A DNA stretch of 64,000 nucleotides from Deltaproteobacteria bacterium (GTDB taxonomy: Bacteria > Myxococcota_A > Polyangia > HGW-17): NCBI GenBank assembly GCA_016937155.1, contig JAFGWM010000032.1, forward strand, positions 107,422 through 171,421, given 5' to 3'. The translations under genes were made by a program, and so were the position numbers. The notes below the pieces were generated by a model. That model saw nothing but the letters and a program-made list of their open reading frames with translations. It made no database searches and was not told the origin of the DNA. This document shows, piece by piece, positions 30,697 to 39,792 of the stretch. How positions within the stretch are numbered: the first letter of the stretch is position 1; every line of letters starts with the position of its first letter.

Positions 30697-31809
30697 ATGT
30701 TTCAAAAATCAAGGATATTGTCTGTAGCAGCTCTTTTACTCATGACCTTTATTTTTGCATCAGGCTGCAAAAAGAAGACACCCATAGCAAAAGAGGGTGA
30801 AAAATGCGGAAAAGATATTAAATGTGTAAAAGGCACGAAATGTTATTACGGAGTTTGTGAAGACTTGAGCGGTAATAACCCCGATTGCCAGTTTTTAGGG
30901 AAAGCTTCCAAGGCAATTATGGAGAGTAATCCCAAGGAACTACTCAAGGGAAAGAATTTTGACTATGATATTGATACTATTACAGCTATTCCCAGTGCGG
31001 CAGCAACCATATATAAAGCATTCGGTAATGGATTAAGCAAAACTCAGTGTAAAAGAATAACTCAGTGTGAACTTCCTAAACTTGGTGTTGGATACAGTTG
31101 GTACTGGACCAGATCTGTTTTCAATGAAACAAAGAAGGCTCCAGCGAATGCGAAAAAATTATCGGCGGATGCAGTTGAAATAATCAGTGTATCAGCTGAA
31201 CAGGCATCCATGGGTGAAGATCCCAAGATGTTCCCGCCCATTAAAATAAAACAGATGCAGCAGCATCGTATTGGTTGTCGTGCCAAAGTTAAAGTTCGTG
31301 TTAAAGAAGAATTTGCAGGATTTGTTACTTTCCATTTCTGGAAAAATAAAAACTGTAAATTTGTTGAAGCTGAAAAAGGAGTAAAAGACTCAAAAGCAGG
31401 CTTTAAATGTGATGGTGTTGAAAAACTTTCTCATCCCTACTACACATATACAACTTATCTTTATCCCTTCAAAAGCAATCAACTGGCAAAGGATAAAAAA
31501 TCAAAGGAGAAGGTAACTTATCTGACTGGAAATCCTGGAACCTATCTTATTGATGTATGGGCATATAATCCGATTGATGAAAACAAGTTTGGTGAACACA
31601 AACAGTTTGATTCTGAGGAAGTTATGAAGAAATATCCTGATCTTATCTACTGTCCCAAATACAGAACTGACCCCTTTAACAATGGTTGTGGATGTATTGG
31701 CTTTGCTAAAAATAAGGTAACAGTAACTGTAGATCCCGATCCTTTCTATCTTCCTCTTGATGAAGATAAATGTGCAAAAATGGCTCCTCAGAAGACTGAA
31801 TCGAAATAG
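30697..31809 (+). CDS. Cys/Lys-rich lipoprotein of unknown function
   Basis: Lipobox FASG-C; N-terminal Cys module CGKDIKCVKGTKCYYGVC; strong AGGAGG RBS. Confidence 0.8.
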   Translation: MFQKSRILSVAALLLMTFIFASGCKKKTPIAKEGEKCGKDIKCVKGTKCYYGVCEDLSGNNPDCQFLGKASKAIMESNPKELLKGKNFDYDIDTITAIPSAAATIYKAFGNGLSKTQCKRITQCELPKLGVGYSWYWTRSVFNETKKAPANAKKLSADAVEIISVSAEQASMGEDPKMFPPIKIKQMQQHRIGCRAKVKVRVKEEFAGFVTFHFWKNKNCKFVEAEKGVKDSKAGFKCDGVEKLSHPYYTYTTYLYPFKSNQLAKDKKSKEKVTYLTGNPGTYLIDVWAYNPIDENKFGEHKQFDSEEVMKKYPDLIYCPKYRTDPFNNGCGCIGFAKNKVTVTVDPDPFYLPLDEDKCAKMAPQKTESK

Positions 31810-31828
31810 TATACAGTATTGTCCGGCA

Positions 31829-33241
31829 TCAGTCGGAATAAAGAGTATTCAGTAAAAAATGTGAAAATTCGGGGTAGCTGCAGTATGCCTGCAGGAGTTC
31901 AATATGAAATGAATTTTTCATATTTATAATGAGTTTATTATATTTATCCGGGGGTTTACCGGTTATTCGTCCATCCCTTGTCTGGTAATAGTAAGGATTT
32001 CCATCATCAGGGAGGATTTCACCGGAAATAACCTGAATATTTTTAATATTTTTAATTTTCAGATTGTTATTTACCCAAGTCTCATATTTATTCCAGACAG
32101 GGTTAAATTCTTTCATTCTCAGTGTGTAAAAATTCAGTTTTTCAGGAAGAATCAGTTGGTATTCTTCAGATATTTTGCAGACGTTTCTGAGAATATCCAC
32201 CATGTGAGGAGATATAAAACTAATATTTATTCCATGGGTTGAAGGATTATCAACAGTGGCAAATTCCAGTTGTTTTTTGAGACATACTGAAATCTTTTGG
32301 GTGTTTCCCAATGACATTGGTATGAGTTGCTGTCTTTTAAGGTCATTAATATATCCGGCTTCTGTAAGTTTTATAAGATAAAAAAATGACGTTTTGTAGG
32401 ATTCTATACTTGAAATATTTTTGCTGAAACCAGACATTTGATGGAGAAATGATTCAATAAAATCATCAATAAAGTGCTGGAGTTCATTTTTAAGAGTATT
32501 TATTTCGATTGCAGAATCCATGGGTTTATCTGAAAAGAATCGGGATTTATCTATAGTTATCTCAAGATAGGGATAGACACTGCGGACTCTTTTCATAAAC
32601 ACACTGTTACACCTGAATCTTATCCATGTTTCCGGATTTGATTTTAAAGTAACTGATACATGATAGTTACTGTCAGTGTACGTTTTCCGGAGAAAGTTAA
32701 TTTCGTTTCTCAGGTGGGGTGAAATATGAACGCCGTTTAGATACACCGGTGTTTTAGAATATCCAAAATATGTTGATAAAAAATTCTGTAATTCCTCACG
32801 GGAAAAATCAATTTTTGCCCTCTCAATAATCAGGGTTACCATTGTACCATCATGGTCGTGGTTATTCTCTGAAACTGTCCAGTGAAAATCGCTGTAAATA
32901 TTAAGAGTTAGAGAAGTATCCAGATATCTTGTATTTAAAATCAACTGTTTGAAGGGGGTAATAAGGATATTAAAAAAACCATATCCATCACCATCACACA
33001 TAAAACTTTTTTCAAAAGGTAGGGATTCTTCTGAATCCAGAAGAAGTCTTTTGATATTTTCAAGAGATATACCGGTTCCGTAATCCGAGACGGATACAAT
33101 TATCAACTCAGGAGTGAAATCAACTTCAACATCTACCCTCTGGGAAAAGGATTTACATCCATTTAATACAAGATGTTTTATGAAATCCATATGTTCAGTA
33201 CTTTTTTTCTTTGAAATATTTTCAGAAGAAAATTTATTCAT
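31829..33241 (-). CDS. Degenerate GHKL (HSP90/MutL-like HATPase_c) domain protein
   Basis: N-box remnant FIKHLVLNGCKS, G1 VSDYGTG, G2 GDGYGF, G3 DGTMVTL and TPVYLNG; overlaps the upstream AAA gene by 8 bp. Confidence 0.6.
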   Translation of the reverse strand: MNKFSSENISKKKSTEHMDFIKHLVLNGCKSFSQRVDVEVDFTPELIIVSVSDYGTGISLENIKRLLLDSEESLPFEKSFMCDGDGYGFFNILITPFKQLILNTRYLDTSLTLNIYSDFHWTVSENNHDHDGTMVTLIIERAKIDFSREELQNFLSTYFGYSKTPVYLNGVHISPHLRNEINFLRKTYTDSNYHVSVTLKSNPETWIRFRCNSVFMKRVRSVYPYLEITIDKSRFFSDKPMDSAIEINTLKNELQHFIDDFIESFLHQMSGFSKNISSIESYKTSFFYLIKLTEAGYINDLKRQQLIPMSLGNTQKISVCLKKQLEFATVDNPSTHGINISFISPHMVDILRNVCKISEEYQLILPEKLNFYTLRMKEFNPVWNKYETWVNNNLKIKNIKNIQVISGEILPDDGNPYYYQTRDGRITGKPPDKYNKLIINMKNSFHIELLQAYCSYPEFSHFLLNTLYSD

Positions 33242-34817
33242 ATCCTTCTTCCATCAGAAGTTTTCGTGCATTCAGTTCAATAATAATCTGCTCCTTCATG
33301 AAATTTGTTTTTTCCTGGATTTCATGCTCACCAGCCAGAACCTTAAACTGATAAAATGATGATAATTCATCAGAAACTATTTTCTCGTCGATTTTTATTC
33401 GGTTTTCTCTGACCAGGGCCACTCTCTGATCATAACTTGATTTAAAAAATCCATCAGGCCAGTCGAAATCCTCCATAGTTCCAATAAGTCTTCTGCAAAT
33501 ATTTGCAACATCTCTACCGGAAAGACTGTATTCAATACACTGTTTTCCTATTTTATCCCATGATTCATCACTCAATTGCAGAGAAGGGAAATATTCCTTT
33601 CCAAGTAAAATGTCTCTTATCAGATAAATATAGTCTTCAGGAGTTTCAGGGCCTTTGACAGTATGGGGTGATTGAGAAAGACGTGAAATTGTAGCCTCAT
33701 CCATTTGCATATAATTAGCATCACAGATAAGAGCCCATTGTCCATTGAAGGGAAGGACAGTCCCATCAAAAAGACCAAATGCTGTTCCCAGAATACTTTT
33801 TTCTTCTTCTCTGAGTTCACCGGATGATCTTGACGAAAAAGCAGTATCAATATCCGGCCAGTAGTAAATGACAACTCCGTTGTAATCACGAAGTTGACTT
33901 TCAAAACGTTCAAGAAGTGCAGTGGCGCTTGCATTCTGGTAACTGCTGGCCCAGTCAGTTCTTCTGATGGTTACAAATCTGCTTTCCAGACCTGCTTCAT
34001 CAGCCTTTTCCAGAAGGTAATTCCCCAGAGCATTTGCAGTGACTGTTTTTCCGCAACCTGGTCTGCCAAGTCCGAAAAGTATCTGATTAAATTTTTTAGG
34101 ATTTTTTCCAGTTGAAGGATCAAATCCTGTAAGGTCTCTAACCAGTTTTACTCCAGCATCCAGATATTCTCTGTTTCCAATGATATCAGTTATTGCCACA
34201 TTGAGTATATTCTCAGAACCTGAAATTTTATGCACTGTTGAAAATGGAGTGAAACAGTAATCTTCATAGTCTATTTTCAATTCCTTTAACTTGCGGTTTG
34301 AAGAAATGTTCCTGGGATCTCCTGATATCAACTCAATGCTGTCAGATAGAAGATGAAAATATCCACATACGGCTTTTTCCATCTCATATATGTTCGAAAT
34401 TCTGTCCTTTTTTAAAAATAAAACCAGATCTTTACATATTGAGGAGTGTATTTCATTGTTACCGAACAACTCTTTTACTTCTGCCGGTTTAAATGTATTT
34501 TTTGTCCTGACTGAAAACCGGGTTATTTCATCAAGTTTATTACTGCCCCATCTTGATGAACAGCCTATTCCAAATAATATACTGCTCCAGGTTTTTTCTC
34601 CTGAATAATCATCCGCAAAAGAAATCAGGGTGCTGGTGATTGCCAAAATTCTTTCTATAATACCAATAAGCTGCAGAGTATGTTCTCCAGTACCCCATGG
34701 ACTTTTTTCAATCTCATTGAATATCCTGTTTAACCCTGATTCTTTTATTGCATCCCGGACTTCATCAATGATTATTTCGAGATGCTCATCTTTTATTTGA
34801 TAATGGTGTGAAATCAT
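33234..34817 (-). CDS. AAA+ family ATPase
   Basis: DIIGN; Walker A GRPGCGKT; pore-loop-like SSYQ; variant Walker B VIYYWPDID; sensor-1 CDAN; SRH-like MDEATISRL; LSGRDVANI. Likely start ATG 34817 (track start 34877). Confidence 0.85.
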   Translation of the reverse strand: MISHHYQIKDEHLEIIIDEVRDAIKESGLNRIFNEIEKSPWGTGEHTLQLIGIIERILAITSTLISFADDYSGEKTWSSILFGIGCSSRWGSNKLDEITRFSVRTKNTFKPAEVKELFGNNEIHSSICKDLVLFLKKDRISNIYEMEKAVCGYFHLLSDSIELISGDPRNISSNRKLKELKIDYEDYCFTPFSTVHKISGSENILNVAITDIIGNREYLDAGVKLVRDLTGFDPSTGKNPKKFNQILFGLGRPGCGKTVTANALGNYLLEKADEAGLESRFVTIRRTDWASSYQNASATALLERFESQLRDYNGVVIYYWPDIDTAFSSRSSGELREEEKSILGTAFGLFDGTVLPFNGQWALICDANYMQMDEATISRLSQSPHTVKGPETPEDYIYLIRDILLGKEYFPSLQLSDESWDKIGKQCIEYSLSGRDVANICRRLIGTMEDFDWPDGFFKSSYDQRVALVRENRIKIDEKIVSDELSSFYQFKVLAGEHEIQEKTNFMKEQIIIELNARKLLMEEGYE

Positions 34818-35751
34818 GTTTCCCCTGTGAGTGGATAATATGACAATGCGGGAATTCCTTATGGAAATGTCTTTCAAATGTCATATTATCATTTCCAGTT
34901 ATGCTTAATCTTCGTTCATTGAAAAGAGCATAATTTTTCAACTTACGCTCCTGTCTGAAAATTTCCTGGGTTGATTTTGAATAATATTCGTCAGAATTGT
35001 GAATAAATGGATCCCTTAAAATATTATTTTTTTGATCCTTTATAGCCATTTCCAATGGTAAGTGCAGAACTGAAAGTTTTTCTGTGTTACCAAATTCGTA
35101 ATCTGATATTCTCATGTTTTCATCTGTAAGGGGACCGATCTGAGCTCTGGAAATTTGTTTTACTTTAAAATTATCGTTTGCTCCCAGGGAAAGCATGGCT
35201 ATTTCACTGTTTCCCTGACAGGAAATACAGATGATATTCTTAAGGTTTTCTGATGGAATCAATATATCACAATTGGAAAAGTAATGAGAATTACAGGGAA
35301 GTTCCATACTCACTGTATATCTTGTGTAAAGTTCATGTGAAAGACTGTACCTGTCAAGTATCACCAATATTTCAACAACAAATTTTGTAGTGTTCCTGAT
35401 GGGTATCAATTCAAAATTTAACCTGGAGGGAATATCCAGAGAAAGAAGTCCCGATACAAAACTGTCACTCCTCCAGTGGTCAGGAAAAGTTCCTGATTGA
35501 AAACCAGAGTTGAAAGTAGATTTGTAATTATTTAATCTTGTAACTTCTTTACCTGATGGAAGATTCGATTTTGAGTCAAAAGAAATTATAGAGTTATCAA
35601 ATGAACTGTTATCCAGTAATAGGATTTCAAGCATATTCAAAAAGCGGATAATTTCAGGGTAATATCTGCTGAGTTTTAAATTTTCAGTGAGACGGTATAA
35701 CACAGATAGATGATTTTTTTTTTTCTGACTTTCAAGTGTCAGTAGCGACAT
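34786..35751 (-). CDS. Hypothetical protein in the coiled-coil/AAA operon
   Basis: 321-aa ORF 1 bp after the coiled-coil gene and overlapping the AAA gene start. Confidence 0.75.
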   Translation of the reverse strand: MSLLTLESQKKKNHLSVLYRLTENLKLSRYYPEIIRFLNMLEILLLDNSSFDNSIISFDSKSNLPSGKEVTRLNNYKSTFNSGFQSGTFPDHWRSDSFVSGLLSLDIPSRLNFELIPIRNTTKFVVEILVILDRYSLSHELYTRYTVSMELPCNSHYFSNCDILIPSENLKNIICISCQGNSEIAMLSLGANDNFKVKQISRAQIGPLTDENMRISDYEFGNTEKLSVLHLPLEMAIKDQKNNILRDPFIHNSDEYYSKSTQEIFRQERKLKNYALFNERRLSITGNDNMTFERHFHKEFPHCHIIHSQGKHDFTPLSNKR

Positions 35752-35752
35752 T

Positions 35753-36829
35753 TCAGATGGCTTCCTCAGTTTCAGATTTGGATTTTTCCATTTTTACTTT
35801 TTCAATAATCTGCTCAAGCTGTTGTTTTCTCAGTTGACGCTCCTGAGCAAGATTGTTTTCAACGACATCTTCTGTCTGCTGATCATAAACTCTCATATTA
35901 TCAGTTATACTTTCAACATTTTTAGTGAGAAACAGAGATGTTTCTGATGCTATCTGAGCAACTTTACTCATATTATCCTTAAGGGTTTCCATAGATTGAG
36001 TCAGTTCCAGAGTAAGTTCTCCTGCTTCCGCAAGTGTTGCAATTGCTGTTACATGCTGTCTGAGTTCATCAAGAACCATTTCAGCAGTTTCGCGAATTAT
36101 AGTCATATTGCCGTGAAGATTTACGCTTATTTCCAGAAAGTTACTATTCATCCTGATGATACTCTGAAGTCTGTCCTGAGCATTATTGAAAAGTCTGAGA
36201 CGCTGGCCATTTTCCCAGATTAGATTTTCAAGTTTTCCAATCTCAAGATCCAGAGCACGAAATTCTTCAGAATTTTTATCATCAATAGTTTCGGTTTCAG
36301 CCTTTATTTCAGCAAGATGATTCTGAAGATCCTCGATCAGAGTGAATGTTAATTTTCTGTTTTTAGCTGCATCAAGAAGTTTTTCACGGAGTATCTCCTG
36401 ATCCTGCCGAAGACTTTTCATAGCCTCCTCAACTTTTTTAAGATAAGTGTCTACTTCTCTGGTTCTTTTATCAGCTGATTCAACTCTTTCCTCCAGAAGA
36501 TCTCCTAGAGGTTTTTCTCTGAATGGTCTGCCTACAAGTGGAATCTTTCCCAGAATACCTCTGAATCCTCTGGAAACAGATCCTTTCTTTCCAGAGGTCA
36601 TGGTTCTGATTTCATCCATCATTGTTCTCTGTTTTGCGAGTTCTTCATTCATCTCACCGGCGAGTTTATCATGTTCATTTTTTAAGGATTTTAGATCACT
36701 AACATGATTTTCATGTCTGTTTCTATAGGTTGATACAAGATCTTTGACACCTTCTCTGGTATAGTTTTTTCCATCATATTCCACAGTTTTCTTTTCAAAT
36801 TCAGCTGTTTTGTCCTGAATGGTGCTCAT
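35753..36829 (-). CDS. Long coiled-coil protein (TelA/KlaB- or PspA-like by composition)
   Basis: Heptad-rich E/K/L/Q sequence with an amphipathic segment SRGFRGILGKIPLVG; AAGGAG RBS; first gene of the operon. Confidence 0.8.
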   Translation of the reverse strand: MSTIQDKTAEFEKKTVEYDGKNYTREGVKDLVSTYRNRHENHVSDLKSLKNEHDKLAGEMNEELAKQRTMMDEIRTMTSGKKGSVSRGFRGILGKIPLVGRPFREKPLGDLLEERVESADKRTREVDTYLKKVEEAMKSLRQDQEILREKLLDAAKNRKLTFTLIEDLQNHLAEIKAETETIDDKNSEEFRALDLEIGKLENLIWENGQRLRLFNNAQDRLQSIIRMNSNFLEISVNLHGNMTIIRETAEMVLDELRQHVTAIATLAEAGELTLELTQSMETLKDNMSKVAQIASETSLFLTKNVESITDNMRVYDQQTEDVVENNLAQERQLRKQQLEQIIEKVKMEKSKSETEEAI

Positions 36830-36930
36830 GTTTATATCTCCTTATAAATCAGTAATACGGATTTAATGAAAAAACAACTTATCAGTCAATAACTGTTGAA
36901 TAAAATATATGGAATCTATGGTTTTCAGAA

Positions 36931-36956
36931 CCATTGACAAAACAGTTTTTCAATGG
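36931..36956. promoter_or_regulatory. Imperfect inverted repeat over a TTGACA box; candidate ArsR operator
   Basis: CCATTGACAAAAC-A-GTTTTTCAATGG just upstream of the arsR-family gene. Confidence 0.4.
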
Positions 36957-36982
36957 CTCCATATGTACAAGGAAATTATAAA

Positions 36983-37270
36983 ATGAGTAATTTTGATTAT
37001 CTGGACTCCCAGTCTGCTGTTTTTAAGGCTCTTGGACATTCAGTAAGGTTGTATATTGTGATTCTTCTGAATGAAAAAGACTACTGTGTGCAGGAGATAA
37101 CTGAAAAAATTGGGTATGACATATCTACCATCTCAAGACATCTAACCATTCTTAAATCAACAGGAATTGTTGAATCCCGAAAAGAAGGAAATTGTATTTA
37201 CTATAGTCTGAAGGCACACTGTGTAATAGGTTTTTTAAAGTGTTTGTCAGGAATTGCCATGGACAGATAA
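36983..37270 (+). CDS. ArsR/SmtB family transcriptional regulator
   Basis: FKALGHSVRL...CVQEI...ISTISRHLTILK..GIV..RKEG..IYYSL; C-terminal HCVIGFLKC. Confidence 0.92.
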   Translation: MSNFDYLDSQSAVFKALGHSVRLYIVILLNEKDYCVQEITEKIGYDISTISRHLTILKSTGIVESRKEGNCIYYSLKAHCVIGFLKCLSGIAMDR

Positions 37271-37492
37271 TTTTTTTAATGCTCATGTTATGCTTCAGGT
37301 TATGAAAATTTCAAAAAAAGGAATAAAAATAAGCAATGCAGGTGTGTTTGTGAATTATAAAAAGTCAATAAAATCAATTATGGGTAGAAAATACCCATGT
37401 TTTTGGGGTAATTTTTCCCAAAAAGGAATGATTTTCAGCTTGAGTATATAAAATTACTTTGTTACGTGAATTATATCGAGAGAGGTTTCACA

Positions 37493-37954
37493 ATGAACGC
37501 AGAATTTGCAATTGTTGACAGTATTGTTGAACAGACTGGAAAGGGTCAGGAAATGGCTATCCCGATACTCCAGAAAATTCAGGAGCATTTCAGATATCTA
37601 CCCATGGGTGCTCTGGAAAGAGTGTGTGAGGTTTCTGATATTACCCCTTCCCAGTTATATGGTGTAGCCACCTTCTACAGCCAGTTCAGGCTGCAGCCGG
37701 TTGGAGATATAATTATCAAGGTGTGTCATGGTACAGCATGCCATGTTGGTGGTGCCAAGACTCTTACTGAGACACTTGAAGATCATTTTGGTGTCAAGGA
37801 CGGAGAGACTACTCCTGATATGAAGTTTACTATCGAAAGTGTTGCGTGTGTGGGTTGTTGCTCTTTGGCCCCTGTTGTGGTGGTTGGAAGTGATACTTTC
37901 GGAAAACTGACGCCTAAAAAACTAGTTGAAACAATTGAAAAATATATAGAATAA
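37493..37954 (+). CDS. nuoE: HydC/NuoE-like [2Fe-2S] subunit
   Basis: YGVATFYSQF, VCHGTAC and ACVGCCSLAP; start at ATG 37493. Confidence 0.92.
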   Translation: MNAEFAIVDSIVEQTGKGQEMAIPILQKIQEHFRYLPMGALERVCEVSDITPSQLYGVATFYSQFRLQPVGDIIIKVCHGTACHVGGAKTLTETLEDHFGVKDGETTPDMKFTIESVACVGCCSLAPVVVVGSDTFGKLTPKKLVETIEKYIE

Positions 37955-37976
37955 TTAAAACTTCTGGAGGTAACCC

Positions 37977-39773
37977 ATGGTCCAACCGAAAATAAACAGT
38001 CCCAAAATAGTGGTGGGGCTCGGAACCTGCGGAATTGCTGCCGGTGCTGAGAACATATATAACGTCCTGAAAAGAAATTTGGATGAGAACCCTGAAATAA
38101 AAATAGAACTTGCCATTACCGGTTGCAACGGAATGTGTCACCGGGAGCCATTGGTGGAATTCCATGATGCCAATGGAAATAAATTCCTTTATGGTGATCT
38201 TACTGAAAAAAAAGTGCAACTGGTTTTTGATAATCATTTTGTTTCAGGAAAAGTAATGGATAAGTTTCTTCTGCATGAAGAAAATCCGGAAACAAAAGCA
38301 GGCAAATATCTACACAAACAGAGAAGAATAGTACTGAGAAACTGCGGTATTATTGATCCTGAGTCGATTGAACAGTACATTGACAATGGTGGTTACGAAG
38401 GTTTAAAAAAAGCTATTGAAAAAGGCAGTGACTGGATAATTGATGAGGTTAAACAATCCGGATTAAGAGGTCGTGGTGGTGCAGGGTTTTCCACAGGTCT
38501 GAAGTGGATGTTTACAAAAAATGAAAACAGAGAAAAAAAATATCTGGTCTGCAATGCTGATGAGGGAGATCCCGGTGCTTTCATGGACAGAAGTGTACTT
38601 GAAGGAGATCCCCACAGTGTGATTGAAGGAATGGCCATATGCGCTGTGGCAACTGGAGCAAACTTTGGATATATTTACTGTAGAGCCGAATATCCCCTCG
38701 CAGTAAAAAGATTGAAGCATGCGATAAGTCAGGCGGAAGAAAGGAATATTCTCGGAGAAAATATTTTTGGTTCCGGTCATTCCTTGAAATTGAAGGTAAA
38801 AGAAGGAGCAGGGGCTTTTGTGTGTGGAGAAGAAACGGCTCTTATGGCCTCTATTGAAGGTAAAAGAGGTATGCCAAGACCAAGACCTCCATTTCCTGCT
38901 CAGAGTGGATTATGGGGAAATCCCACAAATATCAACAATGTTGAGACCTTTGCTAATATACCATGGATTATTTCAAACGGTGGAAGCGAATATGCCAGTG
39001 TGGGAACAGAAAAGAGTAAGGGCTCAAAAGTGTTCGCACTTGCAGGAAAAGTAGCCCGTGGGGGACTGGTTGAAGTTCCAATGGGTATGACGATCAGGGA
39101 AGTGGTTGAGGATATAGCAGGAGGCTCCAGTACAGGCAGACCTATTAAAGCTGTCCAGATGGGTGGACCAAGTGGTGGCTGTATTCCTGCTGATCTTTTT
39201 GATACCAGAATTGATTATGATGAGGTAAATAAAACCGGTGCTATTATGGGAAGCGGCGGTATGGTTGTTATGGATGAGACAACCTGTATGGTTGATGTAA
39301 GTAAATTCTTCCTGAATTTCACTAAGAATGAGAGTTGTGGAAAATGTACTTTCTGCAGGATAGGAACAACCAGAATGCTTGAAATTCTGGAGCGCATCAC
39401 AGCAGGCAAAGCAGTGATGGAAGATCTTGACATGCTGGAAGAACTTTCTCACAAGATTAAAACAACAAGTCTGTGTGGTCTCGGGCAGACTGCACCTAAC
39501 CCGGTTCTCACAACCCTGAAGTATTTCAGACATGAATATGAAGCTCATATCAAGGAACACAAGTGTCCTGCAGGTGTTTGTAAAGATCTTACCACCTTTG
39601 AAATTAACAGTGAAAAATGTACCGGATGTAATGCATGCCTTATTAACTGTCCTGTGAAAGCTATTGAGGGTGAGAGGGGTCGTGCAGGAACTTTTTCCAT
39701 TATGCAGGATTCGTGTATTAAATGCGGTGTCTGTAGAGACGTATGCCGATTTGATGCTGTTTTTACAAGATAG
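37977..39773 (+). CDS. nuoF: HydB/NuoF-like FMN/NADH subunit of an electron-bifurcating (Bfu/HydABC-type) complex
   Basis: N-terminal thioredoxin-like Fe-S domain; [51 protein letters not shown] and HKCPAGVC; two C-terminal CxxCxxCxxxC motifs. Confidence 0.94.
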   Translation: MVQPKINSPKIVVGLGTCGIAAGAENIYNVLKRNLDENPEIKIELAITGCNGMCHREPLVEFHDANGNKFLYGDLTEKKVQLVFDNHFVSGKVMDKFLLHEENPETKAGKYLHKQRRIVLRNCGIIDPESIEQYIDNGGYEGLKKAIEKGSDWIIDEVKQSGLRGRGGAGFSTGLKWMFTKNENREKKYLVCNADEGDPGAFMDRSVLEGDPHSVIEGMAICAVATGANFGYIYCRAEYPLAVKRLKHAISQAEERNILGENIFGSGHSLKLKVKEGAGAFVCGEETALMASIEGKRGMPRPRPPFPAQSGLWGNPTNINNVETFANIPWIISNGGSEYASVGTEKSKGSKVFALAGKVARGGLVEVPMGMTIREVVEDIAGGSSTGRPIKAVQMGGPSGGCIPADLFDTRIDYDEVNKTGAIMGSGGMVVMDETTCMVDVSKFFLNFTKNESCGKCTFCRIGTTRMLEILERITAGKAVMEDLDMLEELSHKIKTTSLCGLGQTAPNPVLTTLKYFRHEYEAHIKEHKCPAGVCKDLTTFEINSEKCTGCNACLINCPVKAIEGERGRAGTFSIMQDSCIKCGVCRDVCRFDAVFTR

Positions 39774-39792
39774 AGAATGCTGGAGGTAAACT

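Noticed and set aside
34786..34877. Programmed frameshift or pseudogene at the hypothetical/AAA overlap
   Set aside because: An in-frame ATG at 34817 with an upstream AGGGG reduces this to an ordinary 32-bp overlap.
37493..39773. Respiratory complex I (nuo) operon
   Set aside because: No membrane or quinone-module nuo genes nearby, and the B subunit has the extra HydB-type Fe-S domains.
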